This document shows positions 18,599-28,537 of a stretch of 64,000 nucleotides of DNA, in pieces; position 1 is the stretch's first letter; every line of letters starts with the position of its first letter. A model generated the notes under the pieces. The model saw only the letters and a program-made list of their open reading frames with translations, was not told the DNA's origin and searched no databases. A program made the position numbers and the translations under genes. This DNA is from Gloeobacteraceae cyanobacterium SOY_34_metabat_159. GTDB taxonomy: Bacteria > Cyanobacteriota > Cyanobacteriia > Gloeobacterales > Gloeobacteraceae. Where the stretch lies: assembly GCA_031399965.1 (NCBI GenBank), contig JANNPH010000002.1, positions 7,373-71,372 on the forward strand. The letters are read 5' to 3'.

Positions 18599-19822
18599 TC
18601 AGGCTTCATCGAGGGCGGCGACGCCGGGGAGGGTCTTGCCTTCGAGAAATTCGAGCGAGGCACCGCCGCCGGTGCTCACATGACTCAGTTTATCCACGAC
18701 CCCGGCCTTCTCAGCGGCCGAGGCGCTGTCACCGCCGCCGACAATCGAGAGGTTGTCGCTCTCGGCGAGGGCATGGGCCACTGCAAAAGTGCCGCTGCTG
18801 AAACCGGGTAGCTCGAAGACACCCATCGGGCCATTCCAGATCACGGTACCTGCTTTTTTCACCTCGGCGACGTAAAGTGCTTCGCTCTTCGGTCCGATAT
18901 CGAGGGCCATCTGGCCATCGGGGATGTCGGCGTCGGCGGTGATCGGCGGCTCCGGGAGGTCGCCGAATTTGTCATTGGTGCGGTGGTCAACCGGCAATAA
19001 GAAGGTGACACCCCGCGCCTTGGCGTCAGCGAGCAGGTCGAGGGCGAGTTGTAGTAGATCGATGGTGCTGCCGTCTTTTTTGGTCGTGCTCGTCTCACAG
19101 CGCGAGGCACCAATTTCGTGACCCTGGGCCTTCAAAAACGTGTAGGCCATCGCTCCGCCGATGACGATGGCATCGACTTTGGTAAGCATGTTCTGGATGA
19201 GCTGGATTTTATCGCTCACTTTTGCGCCGCCCATGATGGCGAGCACCGGCCGAACCGGGTTTTCGAGCGCCCGGCCCAGGTATTCAAGTTCTTTTTGCAG
19301 GAGCAAACCGGCCACAGATGGACGCAAGTAGCGGGCGACGCCCTCGGTCGAGGCGTGGGCGCGGTGGGCGGTGCCGAAGGCGTCGTTGACGTAGAGTTCG
19401 GCGAGGGAAGCAAGCTTCTGGGCAAATTCGGGATTATTCTTTTCTTCTTCGGGGTAGAAGCGGACATTTTCCAGTAGGAGCACATCGCCGTCTTGCAGTT
19501 CACGGACCGCTGCTTCCACTTCTGGCCCAATCACATCGTCCACTTTATGAACGGTCTTGCCGAGCAGTTCACCCAGGCGGGTCGCGACCGGCGTCAGGCG
19601 CAGAGCGTCTTCAAACCCTTTCGGCCGCCCGAGGTGGCTTGTCAAAATCACCCGTGCCCCGTTGTCTATCAGGTGCTGAATGGTCGGCAGGGCCGCCCGG
19701 ATACGCGTGTCGTCAGTAATCGCGCCGCTCTCGTCGAGCGGGACGTTGAAGTCTACACGCACCAGGGCGCGCTTGCCCTTCAGGTCTGCAGCACCCAGGG
19801 CCGTCACAGATTTTTTCGCCAC
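18599..19822 (-). CDS. pgk: Phosphoglycerate kinase
   Basis: [16 protein letters not shown] and GGGDSA...[14 protein letters not shown] motifs. Confidence 0.95.
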   Translation of the reverse strand: MAKKSVTALGAADLKGKRALVRVDFNVPLDESGAITDDTRIRAALPTIQHLIDNGARVILTSHLGRPKGFEDALRLTPVATRLGELLGKTVHKVDDVIGPEVEAAVRELQDGDVLLLENVRFYPEEEKNNPEFAQKLASLAELYVNDAFGTAHRAHASTEGVARYLRPSVAGLLLQKELEYLGRALENPVRPVLAIMGGAKVSDKIQLIQNMLTKVDAIVIGGAMAYTFLKAQGHEIGASRCETSTTKKDGSTIDLLQLALDLLADAKARGVTFLLPVDHRTNDKFGDLPEPPITADADIPDGQMALDIGPKSEALYVAEVKKAGTVIWNGPMGVFELPGFSSGTFAVAHALAESDNLSIVGGGDSASAAEKAGVVDKLSHVSTGGGASLEFLEGKTLPGVAALDEA

Positions 19823-19907
19823 TACTTGGTCCTCCCGTCACGTCACGTCCGCACGGATCATTTTGTATTACTGTGTGCCCTGACGTCAAAAGAGCAGTCC
19901 CGGCGCC

Positions 19908-20741
19908 TCATCCGGTCGCACCAAAGCCAAGGTAAATCCAGTCGCCAATCGGTACGAGCGTACTCTGCTGATAGAGCAACGGTCGGTAGGCGAGGGCGAC
20001 AGTACCGGTAAATGGGGTGCCCTGGGACTCTAGCTCTTCGCGCAGGCGCCCGGTGAGCGGGTGGCAGCCTTCTCGGTCTTGATAGAAAGCGCACTGGGAG
20101 ATGACGGCACCGAGGTCGCCGCGGGCGAGTCCAAAAGTCTGATGCCCGCGCCGCCGAAAACAGATGAGGAACGGATTTTCAATCGCCTGACCCTGGGGGC
20201 GATACTGAGCGAGCCAGTCGTCCACGGGCATCCCAGTACACCGCGCCACCTGCGCAAAAGCGCGGCTCAGCTTGTCGGGCTGACTACCGGCAAAACATAA
20301 AGCACCGATGCGCAGACCCAGGCCGACGGTGTCGCTATCGACCTGGGACCACTCGGCCTGGCGGTGGCGGGAGGGCAGGGGCCTGGTCGCATCGAGGATG
20401 CGGCCGTCAAAGTGAAGCCAGCGGAAGGCGAGGCTCTGATTGAGGGGTGTAGTGGGGTTGACGATAGGACCGGGCGGCGTCAGCCGGCAGGGTCGGTCGA
20501 GGGCAGCACCGATGGCGCTCACGAGGCTCTCGGTGTTCCAGTAGCTGGGGTCATAGCGCAACAGGAGGCTGCCGCTTGCAATACTCGCGCAGACATCGTG
20601 CAGCCCCGGCAGCAAAATCAGGGCGTGTTCGAGACGCTCAGCCCAACCGGGGTCGGTTTCTAGACCATTGAGAGCAAGATGTAGACGCCCCGGCACACGG
20701 TTGGCAAGAGGCCAGATAGCAATCGGCATATTCATGATCAA
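19908..20741 (-). CDS. Hypothetical protein: HMA-like N-terminus plus P-type-ATPase nucleotide-binding-like domain
   Basis: The N-terminus resembles a ferredoxin-fold metal-binding domain but has no CxxC. The C-terminal half (ENPFLICFRRRGHQTFGLARGDLGAVISQCAFYQD...) resembles a P-type ATPase N-domain. There are no TM segments and no DKTGT. Confidence 0.5.
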   Translation of the reverse strand: MIMNMPIAIWPLANRVPGRLHLALNGLETDPGWAERLEHALILLPGLHDVCASIASGSLLLRYDPSYWNTESLVSAIGAALDRPCRLTPPGPIVNPTTPLNQSLAFRWLHFDGRILDATRPLPSRHRQAEWSQVDSDTVGLGLRIGALCFAGSQPDKLSRAFAQVARCTGMPVDDWLAQYRPQGQAIENPFLICFRRRGHQTFGLARGDLGAVISQCAFYQDREGCHPLTGRLREELESQGTPFTGTVALAYRPLLYQQSTLVPIGDWIYLGFGATG

Positions 20742-21063
20742 GAACGCAGAGGGGATACAGCTACTGGGGTGGTTAACCGTAGCGTCCTCTCAGTATGAAC
20801 GCGGGGATCGCTTGATCTGAGCGGTTTTGAGAATTTTTTAATGATCGCTCGACGCTAAAAATATTTAGGCCCAAACCTAAACAATCTCTAAAGAAATTTT
20901 AGTTTCCAACCATCAGAATAAAGCTCGCCGAAATATGAGTTTTTCTAAATATTTTGAAACATTTTGTGGTCCGGCAGCCCGATCTGTTCCGGTAGATTTT
21001 TCTTCGCTGATCGGGGCCGGTTTCTTGCGAACTTTGAGCGATACAACAGTATTGATAGACGAC

Positions 21064-21081
21064 AAACCCCCAGAACGGGGG
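21064..21081 (-). terminator. Possible acpP terminator hairpin
   Basis: On the minus strand, CCCCC-gttct-GGGGG is followed by TTTGT, about 50 nt after the acpP stop. The stem is short. Confidence 0.35.
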
Positions 21082-21129
21082 TGAAGTCAAGTTCTGCTGG
21101 AGGCAGGATGTGGGCGTCTTCGCCTCAGA

Positions 21130-21384
21130 TCAGCCCTTGGGGTCGCCTTTGCGCTTGAGCACGTAGTCGCAGGCGTCGCCGACCGTGGTGATCTTCTCAG
21201 CATCCTCGTCCGGGATTTCCGTCTCGAACTCCTGTTCAAGGGCCATCACCAGTTCGACTTGATCGAGGGAATCAGCTCCCAGATCGTTGGCGAAGCTCGA
21301 TTCGCGGGCTACTTCTGAGTCCTCGACGGACAGTTGCTCGACGACAATTTTCTTGACGCGTAAGTAGACTTCTTCATCGTTCAT
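21130..21384 (-). CDS. acpP: Acyl carrier protein
   Basis: [37 protein letters not shown], the canonical AcpP DSL motif. Starts at Met MNDEE. Confidence 0.9.
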   Translation of the reverse strand: MNDEEVYLRVKKIVVEQLSVEDSEVARESSFANDLGADSLDQVELVMALEQEFETEIPDEDAEKITTVGDACDYVLKRKGDPKG

Positions 21385-21485
21385 GCGGTTGCCTCCTGAT
21401 AGATTCGGCTCTTGGTTGTCTGTAAAAGATCCGATCGCTGATAGTACACTGCTTGGACGCTTTGAGCCAGCCCCATGCCCGCCCA

Positions 21486-22124
21486 CTATAGCTGTGCGGC
21501 CAGTTCCGCTTCGACCTGGGCGAGTACTCGGCTCGAACGCACCGGCAGGCGCTCGCGTTCCGACTGCACGTCCTCCCAGCTATCGAGGTCGCGCTCGATC
21601 TCCAGTCGGCCCAGAGCCAGACCCAGGGTGCAGGCGCGTCTCTCGGTTTCAGCCAGAAGTCGCGGCGTACTCATCGGCAGACCACAAAATAAATCCACCG
21701 GCTCACGCAGAGCGACCAGATAGTAACCGCCGTCAAGACTCGGGCCAATGGCGACTGGACAGGTTTCAAGTCGGGCCATGGCACTCGTCCAGAGGTGATC
21801 ATTCACCAGGTGCGGGCTGTCGCTACCGATGCAGACAGTCGGGCCGGGAAAGCTCCGAAAAGCGTTCCAGAGCCGTTCGTCCAGTCCTGTGCCCTGTTGT
21901 TCCACCAGTTCATAATGCCCACGCCAGGGCGTAAACCAGTCGGGGTCACCTGCGTAGGCGATTACCCGCCGCACCCCGAAGTTTCTGGCTTGCTCCAGGG
22001 TGTCGCCCAGGAACGCTTCGTAAAGCCGGTAAGCCTGTAAGTCGCTCAGGGGAGGACACAGGCGAGTTTTGACTGCCCCGAGCTGGGGAGCTTTTGCCAG
22101 GATCAGCAGGAGCGGAGATTCCAC
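21486..22124 (-). CDS. DUF2064-family putative glycosyltransferase
   Basis: N-terminal [23 protein letters not shown] is typical of the DUF2064/TIGR04282 family. Confidence 0.7.
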   Translation of the reverse strand: MESPLLLILAKAPQLGAVKTRLCPPLSDLQAYRLYEAFLGDTLEQARNFGVRRVIAYAGDPDWFTPWRGHYELVEQQGTGLDERLWNAFRSFPGPTVCIGSDSPHLVNDHLWTSAMARLETCPVAIGPSLDGGYYLVALREPVDLFCGLPMSTPRLLAETERRACTLGLALGRLEIERDLDSWEDVQSERERLPVRSSRVLAQVEAELAAQL

Positions 22125-22178
22125 AGGAGCGGTGCTAGAATTGCCGTACTTTATCTAGCTTAAAGAAGCACGCGATAC

Positions 22179-23525
22179 ATGTTTGCCGGGTTCTTGCTTA
22201 TCCTGGCCGTATTGATACTGGGGGGGGTAATCGCCACACTGGGCGATCGAATCGGCACAAAGATCGGCAAAAAGCGACTGAGCCTCTTCAACCTGCGCCC
22301 GCGCTATACGGCAACCCTGGTGACGATCTGCACGGGCATGATGATCGCCGGTGTTTCGATGGGCCTTATTTTGCTGGTCTCGGACCGCATTCGGGTCGCG
22401 CTTTTTACCTACGACCAGCTCCAGGCAGACCTCTCGAACGCCTCGCGCCAGAAAGAAGCGGCCGAGGGCGAACTCAACAAAGCCGCCACGCAACGGGTCG
22501 AAGCCCAACGGCTGCTGCGCCTTGCTCTCACCGAGCGCACCCGTGCCGAAGCCAATCTCTCTGAAATCAACCGCGAGCTGACCGAGGCAAAGCGCCAACA
22601 GGCCACAGGCCAGCAGAAGCTCATTGAGACCCAGGGCCAGCTCAAGACGCTCGAATCGCAAAAGCAAAATTTGCTCAAAGACGAGGCGGCTCTTAAGACG
22701 GCCCTGCAGTCGCTCAAAGGTGAACGGCGCAATTTAATTGCCACTCTCAACCGCAGCCGGGTCACGCTTGCCCGCCTGCAGCGCCAGCAAAGCTGGCTCG
22801 CCGCGCTGATTGAAAAGCAGGGTGAGGACTTGAATACTTACAAGACCGGCATCGGCATCTTGAGCAGCAACGTCGACAACCTGCGCAGCGGCGATGTGAT
22901 CTTTCAATCCAACCAGACAGTCGCGATGGCCAGGGTGCCAGGCGGTCTGCCATTGCCGAAAGTTCAGGAAATCTTCGATAGCCTGCTGAGCGGCATCGAC
23001 CTTGAGGCGCGCAAAGCCGGTGCCAGACCCGAGGGAGGAAGCGGCAACGCCGTGCTGATTTACCCGACGGAGGTCCGCCGGTTGCTCGCACAGTTGGCAG
23101 CCCCCGGCACCCATGCCGTGCAGATATTTGCAGTCGATAACTCCCTGCGCGGCGAACCGCTCTGGGTCCAGGGTCGGGTAGTACCCAACCGTCTTTTGTT
23201 TCACGAAGGCGAAGTGATTGCTTCTCGGCAGTTTGACGAGACCGTGCTCAAAAAAGAATCCGAACTGAATAAGCGCCTCATCGAGCTTTTCGGTGACGCC
23301 AACCTGCAGGCGCGCCGGGCCGGTATCCTGACCGGGCGCGACGCCAAGGTGGGCGAATTTTCTGAACTCGACCTCCAGCAGTTGCTCAGTGAGCTGAAAA
23401 GCAAGCCAACCGACGACCCAATTACTATCCAGGCCATCTCCAAGCAAGACGTCTACACGATTGGCCCGCTCAAGCTGATGCTGGTCGCTGTGCAAAATGG
23501 CCGCGTGATCAGCAGGGCCGGGTAG
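22179..23525 (+). CDS. DUF3084-family membrane/coiled-coil protein
   Basis: N-terminus GDRIGTKIGKKRLSLFNLRPRYTA, followed by a long coiled coil. This is a conserved cyanobacterial architecture. Confidence 0.75.
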   Translation: MFAGFLLILAVLILGGVIATLGDRIGTKIGKKRLSLFNLRPRYTATLVTICTGMMIAGVSMGLILLVSDRIRVALFTYDQLQADLSNASRQKEAAEGELNKAATQRVEAQRLLRLALTERTRAEANLSEINRELTEAKRQQATGQQKLIETQGQLKTLESQKQNLLKDEAALKTALQSLKGERRNLIATLNRSRVTLARLQRQQSWLAALIEKQGEDLNTYKTGIGILSSNVDNLRSGDVIFQSNQTVAMARVPGGLPLPKVQEIFDSLLSGIDLEARKAGARPEGGSGNAVLIYPTEVRRLLAQLAAPGTHAVQIFAVDNSLRGEPLWVQGRVVPNRLLFHEGEVIASRQFDETVLKKESELNKRLIELFGDANLQARRAGILTGRDAKVGEFSELDLQQLLSELKSKPTDDPITIQAISKQDVYTIGPLKLMLVAVQNGRVISRAG

Positions 23526-23936
23526 ATGATTCTTGGCATCGATCCTGGCAAAGACAAGTGCGGCCTGGCCCTGGTCGGTCTCGACCGCAAGCTCCACCTG
23601 CGCTCGGTGGTGGCAAGCAGCGACTTACTGCGCCAGCTCAACCGTCTGGTCGAAGAGTTTCAGGTGGCGACAGTTGCCATCGGCAACCAGACCACCTCAA
23701 AGTACTGGCAGGAGCAGCTGTTGGCGAATTTTCCCAGTTTGCGGGTCGTGAGTGTACCGGAGGAAAATAGCTCCCAGCAAGCGCGCCTGCGCTACTGGCA
23801 ATTCAATCCGCCCAGGGGGTTGCAGCGCCTGATCCCGATAGGGATGCGCGTACCGCCGGCCGCCTACGACGATGTGGTCGCCGTTATCTTAGTCGAGCGC
23901 TACTTCCAGATGCTGGCCGACGTCAATCAGCGTTGA
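23526..23936 (+). CDS. RNase H-fold nuclease, Holliday-junction-resolvase-like (YqgF/RuvX-like)
   Basis: MILGIDPGKDKCGLALV N-terminal acidic motif. The start directly abuts the DUF3084 stop. Confidence 0.55.
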   Translation: MILGIDPGKDKCGLALVGLDRKLHLRSVVASSDLLRQLNRLVEEFQVATVAIGNQTTSKYWQEQLLANFPSLRVVSVPEENSSQQARLRYWQFNPPRGLQRLIPIGMRVPPAAYDDVVAVILVERYFQMLADVNQR

Positions 23937-23998
23937 AGCTCATCTCGGGCAAGCGAGGCTAAGATTACAATTAGTAAAGTTTTAGTGAGCCACCCATT

Positions 23999-24919
23999 AT
24001 GACCGTTACCTATCCGCGGAAATTCCGCGATCAGTTTGGGGCGCGCGAGATTCTGTCGATGGTTGTGCGGGACCGGGAAATCCACAACATCACGCTCAAC
24101 CGCTACCGTTACTCCGAGCAGCGCGCCTGCAAGGACCTGACCGACGTTGTCGAACGGCTCGACGGCCAGAACCGCGAGCTAATTCGCGACCTCTCGCGCC
24201 ACATCAGCGACGAGGCCCGCCACGCCCTGTGGCTCACGGAGTTGCTTTACGACCTTGGGGCCGAATTGAATACGCCTCCTGGGCCTTCCTACATCGACGA
24301 ATTCGAGCGACTGATCGACGATGACGGCGGTGCACCTGGCCGCGACCTCGATATCGACTACTTCGTGATCGAGACTCTTGCGGCGATTAACGTCACCGAA
24401 AAGCGCGGCTGCCTCTATTTTTCGGCACACATCCACGCCCTCAAGCAGGCCGAGCAGACCCCTGAAAACGTGAAAGTGCGCAAAACCATCGAGCAGATCA
24501 TGCCCGAGGAAGCCGGTCACGTCCGCTGGGGAAACCGCTGGCTCGCCGAGATGGCCCGCACCAGTCCTGAAAACCGCGAGCGCGTCGAGGCGGCCAAGCG
24601 CCGATACAGCGCAATCGAACAGGCTGCCTTCGAGGTCGGCATGGATATCACCCTCGGTGCTGAGATGCGCCGCTTCCAGCGCCTCGTCGAGATTGCCGAG
24701 ACCCTGCCAGTTCTGAGCCGCCCGACCTACTTGCTTGAGCACCTGCCGCGCATCCTACCGGAAACGCAGATGGCCCGCCTGAGCATCGCCCAGATGGTCT
24801 TCCAGCGCGACCCCGTCCAGTTTATGCGCCAGGTCCTGCCGGCGCTCTTCAACCTCACCCAGACGCCTCCTAAAGAAGAGTCCACCGAGGCTGCCTACCT
24901 GCGGCGGGTTTCTGCTTAG
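23999..24919 (+). CDS. Ferritin-like di-iron domain protein
   Basis: Two ExxH motifs (DEARHALW and EEAGHVRW) in predicted helical segments. Confidence 0.6.
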   Translation: MTVTYPRKFRDQFGAREILSMVVRDREIHNITLNRYRYSEQRACKDLTDVVERLDGQNRELIRDLSRHISDEARHALWLTELLYDLGAELNTPPGPSYIDEFERLIDDDGGAPGRDLDIDYFVIETLAAINVTEKRGCLYFSAHIHALKQAEQTPENVKVRKTIEQIMPEEAGHVRWGNRWLAEMARTSPENRERVEAAKRRYSAIEQAAFEVGMDITLGAEMRRFQRLVEIAETLPVLSRPTYLLEHLPRILPETQMARLSIAQMVFQRDPVQFMRQVLPALFNLTQTPPKEESTEAAYLRRVSA

Positions 24920-25305
24920 GACGCTCGGCGGAAACTGATCTTCGGGATACCCGATAAATCGAATGCCTCGACACCTTCCGGCCCCAGGGCCTGCAGTGCG
25001 TCGAGGCATTCGCTGCTTCGGTTTAAAAGGGTTTCGACATCGACCCCGACGTACTCGGGCGCAAAGTAATCGAGGCGCTCGATACCAGTCGAGAGCAAGA
25101 TCACGCAACCTTTCCAGTTGCGGTTGCCGAGGTGATAGTAGGCGACTGCAAGTTGGATGACGCCCTGATAGAAAAGCCTGAGCGGGTGCAGGGCATCCAT
25201 CCAGAGCACTTCAAGGGTGTCGTGACAGGCATAGAAGTCGCCTCGATTGAATTCTTCGAGGCCACGCCAGAAAGCTTGCGGCAGCGGCTCAGCGGCTGGC
25301 GGCAT
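24916..25305 (-). CDS. DUF309 domain protein
   Basis: FNRGDFYACHDTLEVLW...YQGVIQLAVAYYHLGNRNWKG matches the DUF309 pattern. Confidence 0.75.
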   Translation of the reverse strand: MPPAAEPLPQAFWRGLEEFNRGDFYACHDTLEVLWMDALHPLRLFYQGVIQLAVAYYHLGNRNWKGCVILLSTGIERLDYFAPEYVGVDVETLLNRSSECLDALQALGPEGVEAFDLSGIPKISFRRAS

Positions 25306-25753
25306 TCACCTGCAGGCGGATCGTGGCGACCACGTCGCTGTAGATGCGGATTTTGACGGCGAAGTCACCGGTGGTCTTAATCGGTTCTTCGATCGTGATT
25401 TCGCGGCGGTCGACGGTAACGCCCGTTCTCTGGAGCACCACATCAGCCACATCCTGGTTGGTGACCGTGCCAAAAAGCTGGCTGCCGTCTTCGCCGACCT
25501 GGGCGAAGACTTCGTAGAAGCTCCGGCTCTCCAGACTCTTCTTGGTTTCAAGGGCCTCGGCGCGCAGTTTCGCCTGAATCTCGCGCTGCTTGGCCAGGCG
25601 CGTCTCCGCTTCTTTAATCAGGCCCGGCGTTGCCTTGACGGCAAAGCCATGGGGAATCAGGTAGTTGCGTGCGTAACCGGGAGAAACCTCGACAAGGGTA
25701 CCGGCTTTACCTAGCGTGTCCACATCTTTTTTCAGAACGATCTTCGTACCCAT
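25289..25753 (-). CDS. rplI: 50S ribosomal protein L9
   Basis: KIVLKKDVDTLGKAGTLVEVSPGYARNYLIPHGFA. Confidence 0.95.
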   Translation of the reverse strand: MGTKIVLKKDVDTLGKAGTLVEVSPGYARNYLIPHGFAVKATPGLIKEAETRLAKQREIQAKLRAEALETKKSLESRSFYEVFAQVGEDGSQLFGTVTNQDVADVVLQRTGVTVDRREITIEEPIKTTGDFAVKIRIYSDVVATIRLQVNAASR

Positions 25754-25861
25754 GCCGCACTCGCGTTGTAAATGTCACAGTCCGCCATTATAGAGGATTA
25801 TTCGCTCAAAGCCCGCAGTTCGGTGACCAGCGATTCATGACTTTTATAACCGCCCCACCGC

Positions 25862-26004
25862 CGGATTCGACCTGATCGAGGCACGATAAACCCTGGCAAG
25901 CTCGGTGTCGTCGATTGCTCGAACTGTTCGAGCAATGCGATCAACTCGGACGACGAAAGAAACCCGAAGACCCTACTGCGCTCCTGTTCCTGGAATTTGC
26001 CGTC
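25862..26004 (-). pseudogene. Remnant of the 3' end of a Uma2-family endonuclease gene
   Basis: About 143 nt align in direct orientation with 28556-28698, the 3' end of the intact Uma2 gene. The alignment has scattered mismatches and a 1-nt indel. No upstream coding part is present. Confidence 0.7.
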
Positions 26005-26078
26005 TTAAGTCTTCTCTAAGGTTTTACTGTATGAGCCAGACTGATGCGCAGCTCTGCAGCCCCTAATACCTTTGAAAA

Positions 26079-27629
26079 TTACTTTAGCTTGGGCACCAGG
26101 AATCTCAGTCTTCCGCCGATGATTATCGGCTCATGTTCATCGAATACAGCAAATAGACGTGGGATGAAGCTTTTGAATGTCCCATATTTCTCCCGGTTCC
26201 TCTCATACTCATCCAGGCGTTCGACGAGGTAGGGCAGCCAGACGAAACCTTTTAGGTTCGCGTAGTCTCCAAGTCTGTCCAGAGCGCTCGAATTTTCGCC
26301 ATAGAGTTGCAAGAGGCGAATCTCGCCCGAGCGCACCATCAGTTCGTATACGACTGAATCCCACGCACCATAGGCCTGAGGCTCCATGACTTCCCTCAGA
26401 GCAGGAAACCAATCGGCGTGCTTGTTTACTTCTTTCACAGAGTCCACCGCCGGGTTGGTGAACGAGTGGCTGAATTCGTGAAAAATCATGGTTACCAATT
26501 CTTCCCGGTCGTATCCGTACTTGCCCTGTTGATAGAACTGTGGAGCACCGACGTTGTAGACGCGCTCGCCGCTGGATTCGGTGACACGCAATCCGTAGTT
26601 GCTACCGCCGAACATAGGAGCAATCACAACCGAGTACCCGGCCTTGCGTTCGCCGTAGAACCTTTCGATCAGGGCCAGTACGTCATCTCCGGGTGCCTGA
26701 GCCCGGTAACCCGTGATCAGTTCCCTGTAGAAAGCCTCATGAGCCTTGAAGAAGTCCATGAACTTCGTCTCGCGGGCAAAGTCTCGGAAAGCGGCAGCCA
26801 GGGCATCGAGTTTCGCCTGCCCCAGCCCGCGCTTCAGCGTCTCTGCATCGAGTGCCGCACATTGCCTGAGTTCGGGTGGAGAACAGTAGTGCAGTATCCA
26901 TCCTACGGGCGCGTTGTAGTCGAATTCCTTATCTAGGAGCGCATCTAATTGCTGGACAGCGGCGTGGTCTTTGTAGGGTGCAAACGCCACCTGCAAGTCT
27001 CGCTCGTAGGCTGAACCATGGCGGCTCCAGGAGCCTTGCTGAGGCCACTTTGTCAGGCTCTGAACAGCAGCCAGTAGCTCCACGCGCGGATCAACTGCCA
27101 CCTCCAGGTGCGGTCCACCTGGGTTGGGAGGAGTTACCTTCACTGTCCGACTGTCCCGATACTCGGCTGCAGTACGCGTCCCGTCTTCCTTCCAAAAGAG
27201 CCAGTTTCCCTGCTGCAGCCCGTCCCGGTAATTTCCCTGTGCCGCCTTCTGCCCGTTCTCGTGCCAGTAAACTGCAGGCCCCTCCAGTCTTCCATTCTGG
27301 TAGTGAAGGTCGCTGGCTTTCTGGCTATTCTCAAACCATTGAATGAACGGTCCATCGGCTAGACCATTGCGGTACTGTCTCTCCTGCCGCTTCTGACCAT
27401 TTTTGTGCCAGAGGAGGTTGGGACCGGAGAGTATTTCCTGCCCGAAGGCATCTCGCCCTTTGCAGTACAGTCGATAACCCTTGGGTGGGGCATCTCCCAC
27501 CTGAAAGGTGCCCTCAGGACAGACAGACGAATTACGGGGTACGGTCTGGGACAAAGTGTGGCTACTACCTAATGCAAGTATGGCCAGGACGAAACCGCAT
27601 ACCTGCCAAATTTGCTTAAGTCGCTTCAT
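26079..27629 (-). CDS. Secreted protein: MORN-variant (YwqK-like) repeats plus C-terminal putative zinc metallopeptidase domain
   Basis: Signal peptide, repeats (HKNGQKRQERQYRNGLADGPF / WHENGQKAAQGNYRDGLQQGNW) and an HExxH site (FHEFSHSF). Confidence 0.7.
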   Translation of the reverse strand: MKRLKQIWQVCGFVLAILALGSSHTLSQTVPRNSSVCPEGTFQVGDAPPKGYRLYCKGRDAFGQEILSGPNLLWHKNGQKRQERQYRNGLADGPFIQWFENSQKASDLHYQNGRLEGPAVYWHENGQKAAQGNYRDGLQQGNWLFWKEDGTRTAAEYRDSRTVKVTPPNPGGPHLEVAVDPRVELLAAVQSLTKWPQQGSWSRHGSAYERDLQVAFAPYKDHAAVQQLDALLDKEFDYNAPVGWILHYCSPPELRQCAALDAETLKRGLGQAKLDALAAAFRDFARETKFMDFFKAHEAFYRELITGYRAQAPGDDVLALIERFYGERKAGYSVVIAPMFGGSNYGLRVTESSGERVYNVGAPQFYQQGKYGYDREELVTMIFHEFSHSFTNPAVDSVKEVNKHADWFPALREVMEPQAYGAWDSVVYELMVRSGEIRLLQLYGENSSALDRLGDYANLKGFVWLPYLVERLDEYERNREKYGTFKSFIPRLFAVFDEHEPIIIGGRLRFLVPKLK

Positions 27630-27885
27630 GCCTTTGCGTTCACCTCACTCCCTGGCTCTTTTTTTGCACAGATGTGAATTTACCGCTGATCTATGGCTGG
27701 AGTCTGCTAAATCCCCATCTTGATTGCCAACGCCTGTGGTGCCGGACACGCGGAGGCAGCCGAACACTCCCTTGCGAGTCTCGCCTTCGCGGGCAATGCG
27801 CCTCTCGCCGATACGGAAAGTTTTAGTGCCCTCCTGGCCTCGCGCATGCGCAAGGCCGAAGGCTGAGTAGTATCCTGCAGTAGCC

Positions 27886-28290
27886 TTACGGCTTCGCGGT
27901 GTGCCAGATGCCGCCGACACCATCACCCGTGGTATCGCCCGGCTTTTGATCTTTAACCCACCGGTAGAGGGGTTTGCCATCGTAAGCCCACTGCCCGGAG
28001 CCGTCGTCGCGCTTCACGACCGTGTATTTCCCAACCGGGACAGCCTCAGGTTTCGCCGACAGCGGCGGCCAGTTCTGAGCACATTGATCGTTGCAGTTCG
28101 ATTTGCCTGTGCCATCGCGGTCGAATATATAAAGGGTCTTACCTTCGCTGTCGGTCAAAATTGTCCCTCCAGCCACCTGACCGGCCTTGACCGCCGCCGG
28201 TTGTAGCGGCTGTGTTGTCTGGGCTGAGGCACCGACGGCCAGGATCAGAATTGGTAGCAGTCCGCTCATGACGATGTGTGCTTTAAGCAT
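27886..28290 (-). CDS. Secreted lipoprotein-like repeat protein (COG4315 type, Y-x-F/W-x-x-D repeats)
   Basis: Signal peptide, TLYIFDRDG...CNDQCAQNWPP and PLYRWVKDQKPGD. Confidence 0.75.
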   Translation of the reverse strand: MLKAHIVMSGLLPILILAVGASAQTTQPLQPAAVKAGQVAGGTILTDSEGKTLYIFDRDGTGKSNCNDQCAQNWPPLSAKPEAVPVGKYTVVKRDDGSGQWAYDGKPLYRWVKDQKPGDTTGDGVGGIWHTAKP

Positions 28291-28537
28291 GAAATATCTC
28301 CCGAAAATCTATTTATGGTCACCGTGCCGGTCGGATCGAGTTGGAGGTTGTCCAACACAATCAGTACAAACGAACCCTGTCACGTCAAGAGGGTCGTACT
28401 GATAATGGATAGGCCGCTACGGTGCTGTTTTTAAAAGATTCTCACCTGGAAAGAGTAGGGTAGACCGTGCTCCGCCCGGAGTAAACCTTGCTATTTCCCC
28501 TTTGTGCAGCGCTGCTTACCAGATCACCGGCAGTTTT

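Noticed and set aside
22734-23597. 287-aa minus-strand ORF.
   Set aside because: It is antisense to the DUF3084 gene and the following nuclease gene. It is a shadow ORF.
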